This document shows positions 12,201 to 24,236 of a DNA stretch of 64,000 bases, piece by piece. Below the pieces are notes generated by a model. It was not told where the DNA came from, ran no database searches, and saw only the letters and a program-made list of their open reading frames with translations. Within the stretch, counting starts at the first letter, position 1, and each line of letters begins with the position of its first letter. The DNA lies in assembly GCA_012295275.1 (NCBI GenBank), contig CM022671.1, positions 11,346,001 to 11,410,000 on the forward strand, read 5' to 3'. The DNA comes from Chrysomallon squamiferum (taxonomy: Eukaryota; Animalia; Mollusca). Both the position numbers and the translations under genes were made by a program.

Positions 12201-13546
12201 GGAAATCATTAAAAATGCATACCATGCATTTCCACTCCACTGTGGTACAAATTATTTCTGAGCCCTAATATGTCTGGTCATTAGGTCTACTTCACAAACA
12301 AAGGACAACCATACTAATGGTTGGTCATAAACAGATTATTATAATGTGTTAGATTTTTTTTTAAAGTTTTCTCAGGTTAAAAAGTGGATAATTTGAGTCC
12401 AAGACAAACATGCTTTAGTGACTGAAAACACCCATTTTTAGTTATAATCATGTTTATTCTGTATATTCCATCAGATAATATAAACGCCATACAAACATCA
12501 GCAGCCATATATTTCTTTTCTGACTGTTAATTGCCACATTGCTGTCAGGTTGTCTTGCCTCTTATCACCTGATTAGGCCAGTAAGTGATGCCTTCAGTCC
12601 ATGGATTAGTCTTTCAAGTATGAGACATGGAAATATTTAAGCTTTTTAACATCACTGAATCAAGGGTTATCATTTATTTCAGTTTTGTAAATACTAGAGG
12701 ATTATCTTGTTTGGGTTTTTTTGTGGGTTTTTTAACGTTTTGTTAGCGATTGTTTTTCTATCCAATTGTTTTGACATTATCATATGACATATTTAATATT
12801 TCAGTGTTATCTCCTTTTATAAAATTTTATATAAATTTTCTTTCTCTTTATTAAAACAATATTGTTTATTGTCTTGATAATGAACATATTTTATTCTGAT
12901 TACTGAAATATGTGTGTTGCTCTCCTTAAATTTTAAAATGCATTTTTAATCAAAACCATGGTTTCTTTTATTTTTAATGTGAGGCTTTTTTATGGGTTTA
13001 TTTAGATTATCTTAGCTTTGCATTTTTATTCTGATATTAATGTGTGTATTACATAAATCAAAGTAAATACCTTTTTTCCATTAGACATGATTAAAGCTTG
13101 ACGTTTCCGTGATGAAAAGAAAAAACAAAAATGTTGTTTTAAAAATTAATCAAGAAAGATATTCCATTATGATCTTGCTGTAATGAATATCACTATTTTT
13201 TTTTAAATATTTTTTATATATTTGTTGTTGTTATTGAGATTGTGGTGTCTGGCAGTAACAGTTCACCATTAGTTTGTCTGTCTTCCCTTCTTCTGATCTT
13301 TAAACAATTAACCCTAAGACTTTAAGCCAGTGTTATTAAAACCTTAAAATATTTGGCCAATTAAATCTGCTGGATTAACAAGCAGGGATCAGTTGAATTA
13401 TTGAAAGCTGCAAGTCTTTAAATAAAAAGTCTGACTAGAGGATAGAAATACATTTTATTAATAGAAAAAATATAAAGTAAAAGAATCACTGAGTAAATCC
13501 CATTTAAAAGGAAGTTTTTATTTGAAAGCTTTAATGAGTTTTCAGA

Positions 13547-13780
13547 GGAGCTGAATGTGACTCAGTGGTAGAGCATGTCCTTAAGTTCAGTGAGTCAACA
13601 ATTACTTCCTTTTGATGAACCACTGATTTATTTCACATTCCAACCAGTCCTCCACATGTAACAAATGACACAGTATAGTATACATAGAAGTTCTCTTGCT
13701 GCTGTTTCAGAATAAAACAACATGAAGTTTTACTCTTTGTTATCTCAGTGGTCCTTAACTAAATGTGTTTCCTTCCTTTC
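13547..13780 (+). mobile_element. Degenerate tRNA-derived SINE (molluscan Meta-core-like)
   Basis: tRNA-like head with A-box (GTGACTCAGTGGTAGAGC), body TTCCAACCAGTCCTCCAC...CTCTTGCTGCT...GTGGTCCTTAAC and a TTCC-repeat tail. Shares blocks with the fragments at 16257 and 22402. Confidence 0.65.
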
Positions 13781-16256
13781 TTTTCACTGTTCTTACTTCT
13801 TCTTCTTTTTGTTATTTTTACTGTTTTCCTGTAAAATTATTAAGAATTTCTAAAATATAAGCCTGAACAACTTGGTTTCTTTTAGCTGGTTCAGTGACCA
13901 TAAACAGTTCTTTTTAATGTTAAGCTATAGTATATGTTAAAAAAACAAAACAAAAAAACTTAGTGTTGTTGTTTTGTAGTAATTAGTCTGCAGACAATTA
14001 TTATCTGCACTGGATTGTCTTAACAAAAAAACAATATAACCTTATACAGTGCTGGGTTAACTGATGTTAATTAGAAGACATTGATTTTATTGCTTGAGTT
14101 AATGCAGTCAAGTTCAAATCTAAGAATAACACCATTCCATTTATCCTGGTATCATGCTGTCACATGATCAGACACCAGATGATTTTTGAATTAAATGGCA
14201 GTGTAAATTGTTTGACAACAAGCAATTACAAGTCCCACAAGAGATTGATAAATCTGCGTGTTGGGCACTTTTGTATTAAAGCTGTTGATGGGCTGGAATC
14301 AAAGTGAGACATGACTGAAAATCAATGTGGCGATGAACCTGATCATGCAGGAAAACAAAAGGCACACTGTTTAAGATTTGCCTTAATATGACGAGACCAT
14401 GCACTGGAACATTGAGCTATTGCTTTTTTGTTGTCAAAAAAAAACACATTATTGAATTTTATTTTAAAAATATTGATACTATTTATGTTTGAAATAAAAT
14501 ACTTGACAGCAATTCTTTTCTTTCTTCTTTTTTTATCATTTTGTTATTTTATTTTGTTTTTAAATAAATTTTAACAAAGAAATCATTTGAAGCAACTAAA
14601 ATTCTGATACAGTTAACAATTATTTGTTGTTGTTTTTTGCCTAACTTTTTAATTTATTTCTCACTTCTATTTTTTATATTTTGTTTCATCTTTTTTTTTA
14701 AATTAAATTTTAGTACATTAAGTGATTAACAAATAATTCAAGCTATCAAAAATGTTGATTTATCTTTGAATTAAAAAAAAAAACTATTTTGTTTAACCTT
14801 CTTGAATTTTAACATGTAGTTTATAGCTTTTCGTGTCTATTGATAAAACAATAAGGAAATGTAAAATGACTCATTTGAAATGTAAATCCTTGAAATCTGA
14901 TAGCATGATTCTTCCAGATCTGATCAGTGTCATCAAATCAAACCTTATTTGTACTGAAGAGTGGTTACAGTACAGTGTTGGATATGACAGGTAGCAGTAA
15001 TAATCTTCCTTGTGTGACAGTTCTAACTACAACCCAGTAACTGATTGTTTGTTTCAAGGGTTTTTACGTGTTGTACTGTCTCAACGGATACAGATAAAAA
15101 GAATTCTTGTTGTCACTCTGTAAGAAACTCATGTGTATTGACAGAAGATTGTTTCTTTTCATGTCATTGTGAAAACTTAAATCCATTAATGCGTTTCTTT
15201 TAAAAAATATTTATTCATTCTTAAAACCAATTCTTTGAAGAAAAAAATTATTTAAGAGTAATCAGACATTGTCTATAAACTGGTGTTATTATCAAAAACA
15301 GCTTTTAAGAACCTTAATAACATTTTTTTCTTTTTTTTTCTTTTATTGGCTTTGTTGATTTTTTTTAACTGAAAATAACTTCCAGTGCAGTCTTAATTTC
15401 CTTTTTCAGAATTAAAAAAATGAATATGTGCAAGTTTTTACTTGTATGCTTTGACATTTGTTAGGACATTGATTTCACTCAGAATTTATTATGACTGGCT
15501 TGGAGCTATACTGTTTGTTATTTTTATTTTTATGTTTTAAATATATTTATTTAATGCACGTATTTAATGATCTTTTCTCTGTGTACTACATAGTTATATA
15601 TAATGTATATATGTTTTACTGTTCATAAATCAAATTGTGGTTTTAGTCCTGTGGTAAAATTACATTTATTTGTTATTTATTATTTTTCTTTATTATTCAA
15701 ACCAACTGGAATTAGATGAATTTGGAAATATTTTAAGATATAATGATGACTGATAATGACTATTTTCAACAAGTATTTAACTATATCTCACATCTATTGA
15801 TTAATTGATTGATTAATCCAGTAGTTAGCTTTTTTCTTTTGTGACTAAAATAACTTTGCATTTTACCTTTTGCTCTGCACTTTACCATTCAATAGATACA
15901 GAGGAGATCATTGCCTGTATTTCTGAAAGACATAAATAGGTGGAATAATGAACCTGATTTCTTTAAGAACCCTGTTCTTTACAATGTTTGTTCATAGTAG
16001 CATTAAGTGTTGAAAAATGCAAAAAGATTTTTACTTGTAAGTCAGTGAAAGTCTATGTATTAGCAATAGATTGTTTTCTTTCATACCATTGTCAGTAACT
16101 GTGAAAAAAATCTTTATTGATTTATTAAAAAAAAAGATAAACAACATTAATAAATGTATAAATGTGTTTTAGCTATTGAAATAAAGAATACCGTAAATAT
16201 TTGTAACAAAAAATAATAAATTAGTAAAAAAAAAAAATAATAATAAAAAGAACTAA

Positions 16257-16322
16257 ATAAAGGCCATGGTTTGTATTATCCTGTCTATGGTATGGTAAAG
16301 ATGAAAGATCTCTTGCTGCTAT
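16257..16322 (+). mobile_element. SINE core fragment
   Basis: AAAGGCCATGGTTTGTATTATCCTGTCTATGGTATGGTAAAGATGAAAGATCTCTTGCTGCT shares TATCCTGTC and AAAGATC blocks with the minus-strand copy at 22402-22570. Confidence 0.6.
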
Positions 16323-17749
16323 CTCAAATTATAAAAGTCTTGTGCTTTATCTGACCTTAGTGATGTTTATTATGTCAGACAGGGGGCAGATACGGGGGAG
16401 GGAGGAAAGAGAATGACTGAAAATTGATTCTGTTCTAGACACAGTAGGATCTTTTTCAACCTTTTTGAGAAGGAATGCAGAGTTCATGACTTGCATTTCT
16501 TGACCAATCAGCAGTCAGCCTTCATTGTTTTATTAAAATTACTATTATTTTTATCAACACTAAGTCTGAAAACAGAATTCATCTTTTTCAAAAAAAATTT
16601 AGTTGATTTATGTATGAATATTTTATAATAATAAATGAATGGCTGAATTTTTAGATGCATAGCTTAATGATAATGCAGATGAAACCTGTCTGGATTTGAC
16701 AGCTTAAACGTGACTTTGACATTTATTTGGCAGCAAACAATTAAAAAATAAATCAGTGAAATTTTTTATGCCAAAATTTCAGACTTACATGTTCTTCCTT
16801 CCTGTTATTGTTCTTTATTATTTTATTTTATTTTTATTTTTTTTTTTTTTTTTTTATCATTTCATTATTTTAATCATAATATAAATTGGCTGTTAGTTCC
16901 ATTTCTCAATTAAATTTTGAACTTTGAACTCCTGAAAATTTGTTGGTGACTGTGACTAAGTTACTAGAATTGTTTCTATGACAGATGGGTTATTTGTGGC
17001 AATTACAACACATTATGTCTGCATATTGTTTACATCTTAAGATATTGGTTTTGTTTTCATGTGTAGCTTTTCTGAGAATTTTCAGTTTTTAATGTCAGTC
17101 TTTTTTAGGACAGCTGAGTCAGTAATTGTTAATATATTATTCATGGATGTTACTGGTTTTCTATGTCTCCAACTTGAGATCAGTTCAGTATTATATGATG
17201 TTTTCTTCATCTTTAAGTCTGTATAGGCTTTCTGACATCGTCTTGAATAACTGTTAAAACAGAGCCTTTGATCAAACTGGGATAATAAAAGAAACAAAAT
17301 ATCTACATTATTAATATATCTAAATAAAACAATAAAAAAATAGAAATAAAACACCAGTAATTTAATAGAAATTAGTCCACACAAAGAAATATGACAAAAA
17401 CTATTTCCAAATAATTTTCTTTGATGCTAATATTATAGATGAACAAATATATGAATCCGAACTGTATTTATTATTATTCCAACAGTAAAATACTATTCCT
17501 CAATGGACAGGCATTAATAAAATTACAAAAAGATTTTATGATTTTATGTTTGACTGCCATACAAAAATAAACTGATACCTGTGCCTGTTTTCCACACTGA
17601 GCTTGTTTTTCTATACTTTGTTGTCAGGCAGACTTATTTACATGTACAGCACATGTTGATAACAGAACCACTTATAATGAAGAAAACCACAAGAACTGAC
17701 ACCATAATTAAATTTCAAGGTTTAGTTGTCAGATGAAGGTGTTTGTTAG

Positions 17750-18235
17750 CAAGTCTGATCATGACAATTCATTACTCAGATTAGTTTAGCTGGTATATCT
17801 TTACATATTACAAGTCTGATCATGACAATTCATTACTCAGATATCTTTACATATTACAAGTCTGATCATGACAATTCATTACTCAGATTAGTTTAGCTGG
17901 TATATCTTTACATATTACAAGTCTGATCATGACAATTCATTACTCAGATTAGTTTAGCTGGTATATCTTTACATATTACAAGTCTGATCATGACAATTCA
18001 TTACTCAGATTAGTTTAGCTGGTATATCTTTACATATTACAAGTCTGATCTTGACATCAGAAAATATCTTTAATTGATCATGACAATTTAAGTCTGATCA
18101 TGACAATTTTAAGATTAGTTTAGCTGGTATATCTTTACATATTACAAGTCTGATCATGAAAATTACAGTTTAGCTGGTATATCTTTAATATTCAATTTAT
18201 TTTTACTCTGTATATCTTTACATATTACAAGTCTG
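17750..18235. repeat. 61-bp tandem repeat
   Basis: Unit is CAAGTCTGATCATGACAATTCATTACTCAGATTAGTTTAGCTGGTATATCTTTACATATTA. There are four full copies, one copy with a 15-bp deletion (17811-17856) and scrambled partial copies after 18040. Confidence 0.95.
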
Positions 18236-19466
18236 TTAGACTTAAGCGTTACACATAACTTGCATCAAAATATCTAACTGCTTACTTTTAATAGAAAATT
18301 ACATAGTCAATATCATTTATTTTACTGTTAACACTGTTGCAAGATTTAAAAAGCAAAGCAAAAAACCCCATATCATTTCACCAGAACAACTTGTTTCTCC
18401 TTGTTTTAGATGATGTTTCTGTTATAAAGCTTTTTATACAGTTCAAACAATTATTCAGAAAACTTTAAATTAAAAACCAAATTTATACATAAACTATTAA
18501 GTTCAATTTACAAAGAAGAACTGTTACAAAATACATTATATTTTTTCTTTGTGATAAATTAAATTTGACAGTTAAGTATATTCAGATAAGCCTTAATTTA
18601 CATTTCCTAATTTATTTCAATCTATAAATGAAGATTAAAACTTGATACCACATACAAAGTGATGTTAAAACATTAAACAATTTTTTTTTTTTTTTTTTTT
18701 TTTTAATTGTTTAGCTATTTTTACTTGGCTTTATATATTTGTGTGTGTGTTGCTTTAAAAGAATAACAGCCGCCTGTACTTTACTGTTAAATAATGTATT
18801 TTTCATTGCCTGCACCAGAGCTCAATGAGTTTAATTTGGTTTCATTTTCTTCATAATTTAATCTAATTCTTTACTGTGACACAAACCAGTTAAATTGTGC
18901 ATGTGTGTCTGTCCCAGAGGGTTTCCCTAATCAGTGTGCTGACATTATTAATTGATGACTGACTTAACATCTTCCCTGTTTGCCTCTTTATTTCTTCTTT
19001 TTTATTTCTTTTGTCTTCAATTTTGTCTTTCTTTCTTTTATTCTTATTGCCTCTTTCCATTAAAATATATTGCCTACATTATTTACCATGTAATCACTTC
19101 ATTTGTTATTAAAATTCTATATTTTTAAATCATTTAAATATTTGAAATATTCATAAGATAGTGAGGTTCATATCAAGTTTTTCAGATATACCTAATTATA
19201 TTAATATTGAGATTTAAACTGAGTTTTGGAGGTATAAATAATTATTAATCTATTCACTGGGTAATCATTCCTCCTGTTGTTACATATAATCTCTAATGGA
19301 TTCTTTCTTTCTCACACTGGTCTGCAGTTTGTCTGTCTCTTGGCAACTCGGTGTACTCTGGTAACAGTGATATCATTGCATGTCCTACACTGGCCTGCTG
19401 TTTTAATCATTCTTTGTTCTATAGGTGTCATTTAATTATTTACTTGTCTGAAGGGCACTTACTCAC

Positions 19467-19531
19467 CTGAACAGCTCGTCCCACCACATCAATACAGAAA
19501 AGTCTGTCTGAGCTGTGATCAGCAAAACAGC
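19467..19531 (-). other. Candidate 65-nt exon of an unannotated minus-strand transcript
   Basis: Acceptor ATAATTTACACTTTGTTTAG, consensus donor CAG|GTGAGT, and a GC-richer body than the flanks. Confidence 0.4.
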
Positions 19532-20482
19532 CTAAACAAAGTGTAAATTATACATTAAATACATACTATTTTCAATTATTTTGTTATTTACATATATTTA
19601 TAGCTTTGTTGCTATTAATATTCTTTTAAATATTTCTTACTATTACAAAATATCTCTTAAAAATATTTATTTGATTTTGTGGGTTTTTGAGAGGATGCTT
19701 GTGTAAAGTTGTGATATTTTGCACTTAAAAAACATACAGGATTATGACATTTGATACCTAAGGGGATACTTCAGTGTGCCTTTGGTTAAATTTTAACAAC
19801 TTTACATTTGTAATTGTACATTTATTTTTGTGTTTAATAATTTATGAATGTTTATTGCTAATGCACTGATGCATGAGAATGTGAATGGTCTGAAGTAGAA
19901 GAACATGCCTTAAAACGGTATCAGTCTTGTTACGTTTGGCTTTACTGTTGATTAAAATTAATTTTATATCAATAGAGCTGAAATTTTAATACTTGACATT
20001 GTCACTTTTCACATTAACATAGTTGTATGTTTAGAAATATGAGGCAGAAAATAAAAAGTAAAGAGAAAACAAACAATTTTCAATGAACCTCACAATGCTG
20101 CATCAACATAAGATTCTTAAATATGCTTTCAGATGAATTTAGAGTCATCAGAGGAAAAAAAATATCATTTAAAATGTTTTATCTTTCAGTATTTTTAGAT
20201 ACTTTAAATTTACTTTGAAGTTTGTAAGAAAACAAATAAATTACTGTAAGTGTAAGTATAAATAATTCCATCATTAGGCTATCAAGATTATATTAGTGTA
20301 TTACAATTCTTTAATCAGACATTATTTGTTTGAAGTGGATTTTTTTTTCCTCCTAAATCTAGTTTTTGAGATGATAGATTAACATTTTTGGCAAATATAA
20401 AATATGTTCATTTCCATTTCCTGAAATAAGTAAATAGGAACATTAAAATGAAATATAAATTGCATTCATTATTTATTATTAT

Positions 20483-20513
<31 letters not shown>

Positions 20514-22107
20514 GGAAGCTGTCAAAGAAATTACTGTTGCACCTTTGAAAATGTTGGAGATCAAGAACGTTTTGCTTATAAATGTGATTCACAGTATTAT
20601 ATTTCACTGCTCAGAATCATGTTAGAGACTGAAATATAACCACTACCACAAAACAGAGTGGTAGGTTTGCCAGCTCAAATTAGCCTTATTTAACTGTTAG
20701 ACCATCATAACACCTAGATGTAATCTTCTATTACCTGGTAACTATCATGTCTCACACAAACAGCACAGTACAGCAAGCACCGAGTCGTGTCTTTGTGTCC
20801 TTCTTTACAGCTTACAGTTATTTGTGTAGCTAGCAACAGTATTTCATTACATGTTTCCCTTCAGTGCTTGTAGTTATAATATATTTGCCAAGTCATTGTT
20901 TAATAATTTAGGATTTTGTTGATTTATATTTTTCCACCAAGTTCTATGGGTAAAATGTCAAGCTAGTATCAGTTAATATTACTTTCTGGCAGTTTATAAT
21001 CTTTTGATGGGAAATTACATAACCTTTGTTAACTTTATATTTTCTTTGCATCATATTTCTTGTAGTAAAAAAAATGATTAATTATTAATAACTGTTAATC
21101 TTTTGTAAAAGTATATGAGTGATAACATTCAGTAACATTATTGCTGGTATTAATGTAAAGTGTATTTAAATATGTGTTGTTATTTAACAGATACAAAACT
21201 TCTTTAAGTTTTATTTTATTATTATTATTATTATTATTATTTTATATATATATATGTATTATATCACTTTTTGGAAAAGTTTACATTGCACATAATGAAG
21301 AATATTAATGAAAATGGTTCTAGGCTTATTATGAAACTGCCATAAAAAAATATAACCTATATAATTTGTTTTAAATATGTCACTTTTTCTACTTAAAACA
21401 CCTTGAACTCAATCTTCCAATCAACCATCACTTAGTATGTTTATTAAATATTTACTAAGAGGTGATGTGAATTTTATACACATGCACTACAAATTTGATT
21501 GTTTGGAATTTGATGATGATAAATGATGTAACAAAGGTAATAGGAAAACTCAATAAATATAATAACTGCTATTGAAATAGATTGTAACTTTATAGATGAT
21601 GTCTTTTTCACATGCTATAGGGTAAGAGATCAATCCAGTTTAGTTAATATGTATGAGCTGCTTCCTTTTTCAGCCTGAGATTATAGATAACATTATTTAT
21701 TATAACAGTAGAAATAAAAATGATGATGATGATGATGATAAATAATACAATGAAAATATATATATATGAATGTGATTTAATAATTATTAATATCTGCATC
21801 CTGAGATTCTAAGTATTTATTAACATCCCACTGAAATGTATTGGTGTGTGTATGTCTCTCTCTCTCTCTCTCTCTCATGCACACACACACACACACAGTG
21901 TTATTATAATGGTAAATTAATATTATATTATTATTAATGCAAGTAGTGGTTAAGATAGTATCTGATGGTTAAGACTTAGCTGACTGTAAATACAGAACCA
22001 TTTAAAAGAAAACACTGCACTTTGTTAGTGTACAGGTTTAAAGTACATGCGACCTTCTTTGAAGCAGATTGTCTGTGTGATAGCATTTTAAAATAATTAC
22101 AACTTAC

Positions 22108-22131
22108 CTGACATAGCTCAACCACACAGCA
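22108..22131 (-). other. Candidate 24-nt microexon of an unannotated minus-strand transcript
   Basis: Acceptor CATGCTTGTTTTGAAATTAACAG and consensus donor CAG|GTAAGT. Confidence 0.35.
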
Positions 22132-22401
22132 CTGTTAATTTCAAAACAAGCATGATACAAGTTTATTTATTATGACTTAACACAAATCTCCACAGATTTT
22201 GGAGGGATTTAATATCATATACAACATATTCACAAAGCCCTGGGGCTTAAACTGTTTGTTTTTGAGCATTTAGTATTTTTACTGATGATGGGGTATTATT
22301 CTAAAAGCTGATAATTATAACAATGAAGATTTTATGTATGTATTTGACCCGTTTTTATGAAAGGTACTCAAAGGTACTAAAAGGTTACCACTGTCTGCTT
22401 T

Positions 22402-22570
22402 GGAAATAAATAAATGTTTTATCTGACAGTGCTGTCTACATATTTATTGTGTTGTGTTACACGACATTGTTATGGCCAAATGATAGGCTACCCTTTTGTT
22501 ACTTAGCCGTAGTGGATCTTTTATATGTGCCTGGCCACTGACAGGATAGTCCATATAAAAGCCTCTGATA
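22402..22570 (-). mobile_element. SINE core plus 3' fragment, minus strand
   Basis: Reverse complement reads TATCAGAGGC...CTATCCTGTCAGTGG...CATATAAAAGATCCACT...AAAAGGGTAGCC...ATAAAACATTTATTTATTTCC, the same family as 13547 and 16257. Confidence 0.6.
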
Positions 22571-23900
22571 GTGATGATGAGAGACAGACTGATTGCTGTC
22601 TTGTCACACACCAGTTTTATCAAGTCTTGCTGCTGCATTCAGTTCTGTTGATTTATTTGTTTATTACTGCTGGAAAGGGTTGCTGCAATTCTTTATTTTT
22701 ATTTTTTTTAATTTTTTTTAATTTTTTGAAGGCAGGTAAATGAGGGCTGTGGTAGCTGTATTTTAAGAAATGGAATATGTTGCCAGTACTATTTAAATGC
22801 ATTAATGAATATATCACATCATTACTTGAAAAATACAGATTTATTTTGTATTATCTAACAATTAGACTGGAATCATTTTTTAGCTCAGATTTTTAATTTT
22901 CTGTATATTTGAAGTAAATTTGTCACACAGTGTGTATTACTGAACATTGTTTATTTTGTAGGTAATCAAGCTCTGTATAATCAAATGGAAGCCTCTTGAA
23001 GAATCTCCTGGGTTACATAGTTAAGAAATTATCCAAGTTGTAGTAGTCATAACAATCTGTGTTTAATAAATCGAATCTCATCTGAGCGTTTTAGTTCCAT
23101 TGTTATAATACACACTGCATGTTACATCACAGCCAAATGTTGTTATTATTTAGAGAGTAAAATATGTTTATTATCTCATTTAGAGTGTAATACAAATTAT
23201 TTCCACACTGCATGTTTTTACTTCTTTTATTTCTTTCTTTTTTGCACCATTTTCAGTTTTGCATATGTAAAAGGTTAATTATGTATATTGAAAATGATAT
23301 AGTATCCACTGTTAACATCTATAAAAAACAATATATATAAAAAATTTGTTAAGAAAAATGGTAATGCATGATCTGACAGAAAGATATACACATCTATCAT
23401 AATGATAATGCTAATAATTTGAAAGAAAAAAAAGGATCTTACATAATTTATTATTTTATATTTTGTTATTGTTAAATTTATTTTTTTTTCACTGTAGATT
23501 TTTGAAAGGTTTTTGATATTTTTTTCCGTTTATAAAATTATGTAGAATTGTTCATATTTTACTAGCTAGGATTATTTTAGTTGGTTTGGTTTCATCGTTT
23601 CTTTTGTTTCCATCCATAACAGTATTACAGTGTTTACATGTGATCTCCGAGTTGCATTTGTTTTAGGCTTTAATACATTTATAAAGATTTTTATCTATTT
23701 GCATAACACTGTTTTGTGTACATTTTCTGTTACTATTTGTTTGTAGATTTCTATTCATAATTTTTATTAGTAAATTTATTGATCTGTTATTTTGATAGGT
23801 AGTTCATTATTTCGTATTAAAAATGTATCCTGTTTGTTATGTTACAGGTTTAGTCATGGGATTTTTATTTCAATAGTTTTTTATGTTTCTGTGTTAAAGA

Positions 23901-23944
<44 letters not shown>

Positions 23945-24203
23945 GCCACAGCCTTTGCCAGCTCTTTTATGTATATTGGGTTTAAAGCGATTCAGAAAAG
24001 TTTCAAGCAATGCTTCAAGATGACCTCACAAACACAATCATGATGAGATTAGATAAATGCTGCTGTTTAATTGTGAAACAGAAAACAAAATTCACCCTGT
24101 TTGATTTATATGTTTTACTCAATGATGCATATATATATTTTTTTAAATAAAGAAATAAAATAATTTTTTAAAAAATAAATGAAAACAGGAATGAGGTGTT
24201 TAG

Positions 24204-24236
<33 letters not shown>

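Noticed and set aside
15164-15177. 14-nt match (TCATTGTGAAAACT) to the bantam miRNA
   Set aside because: The seed (TGAGATC) is absent, there is no hairpin partner, and it lies in a probable decayed SINE.
17750-18235. CRISPR-like array
   Set aside because: The repeats are contiguous with no unique spacers, there are no cas genes, and the context is eukaryotic.
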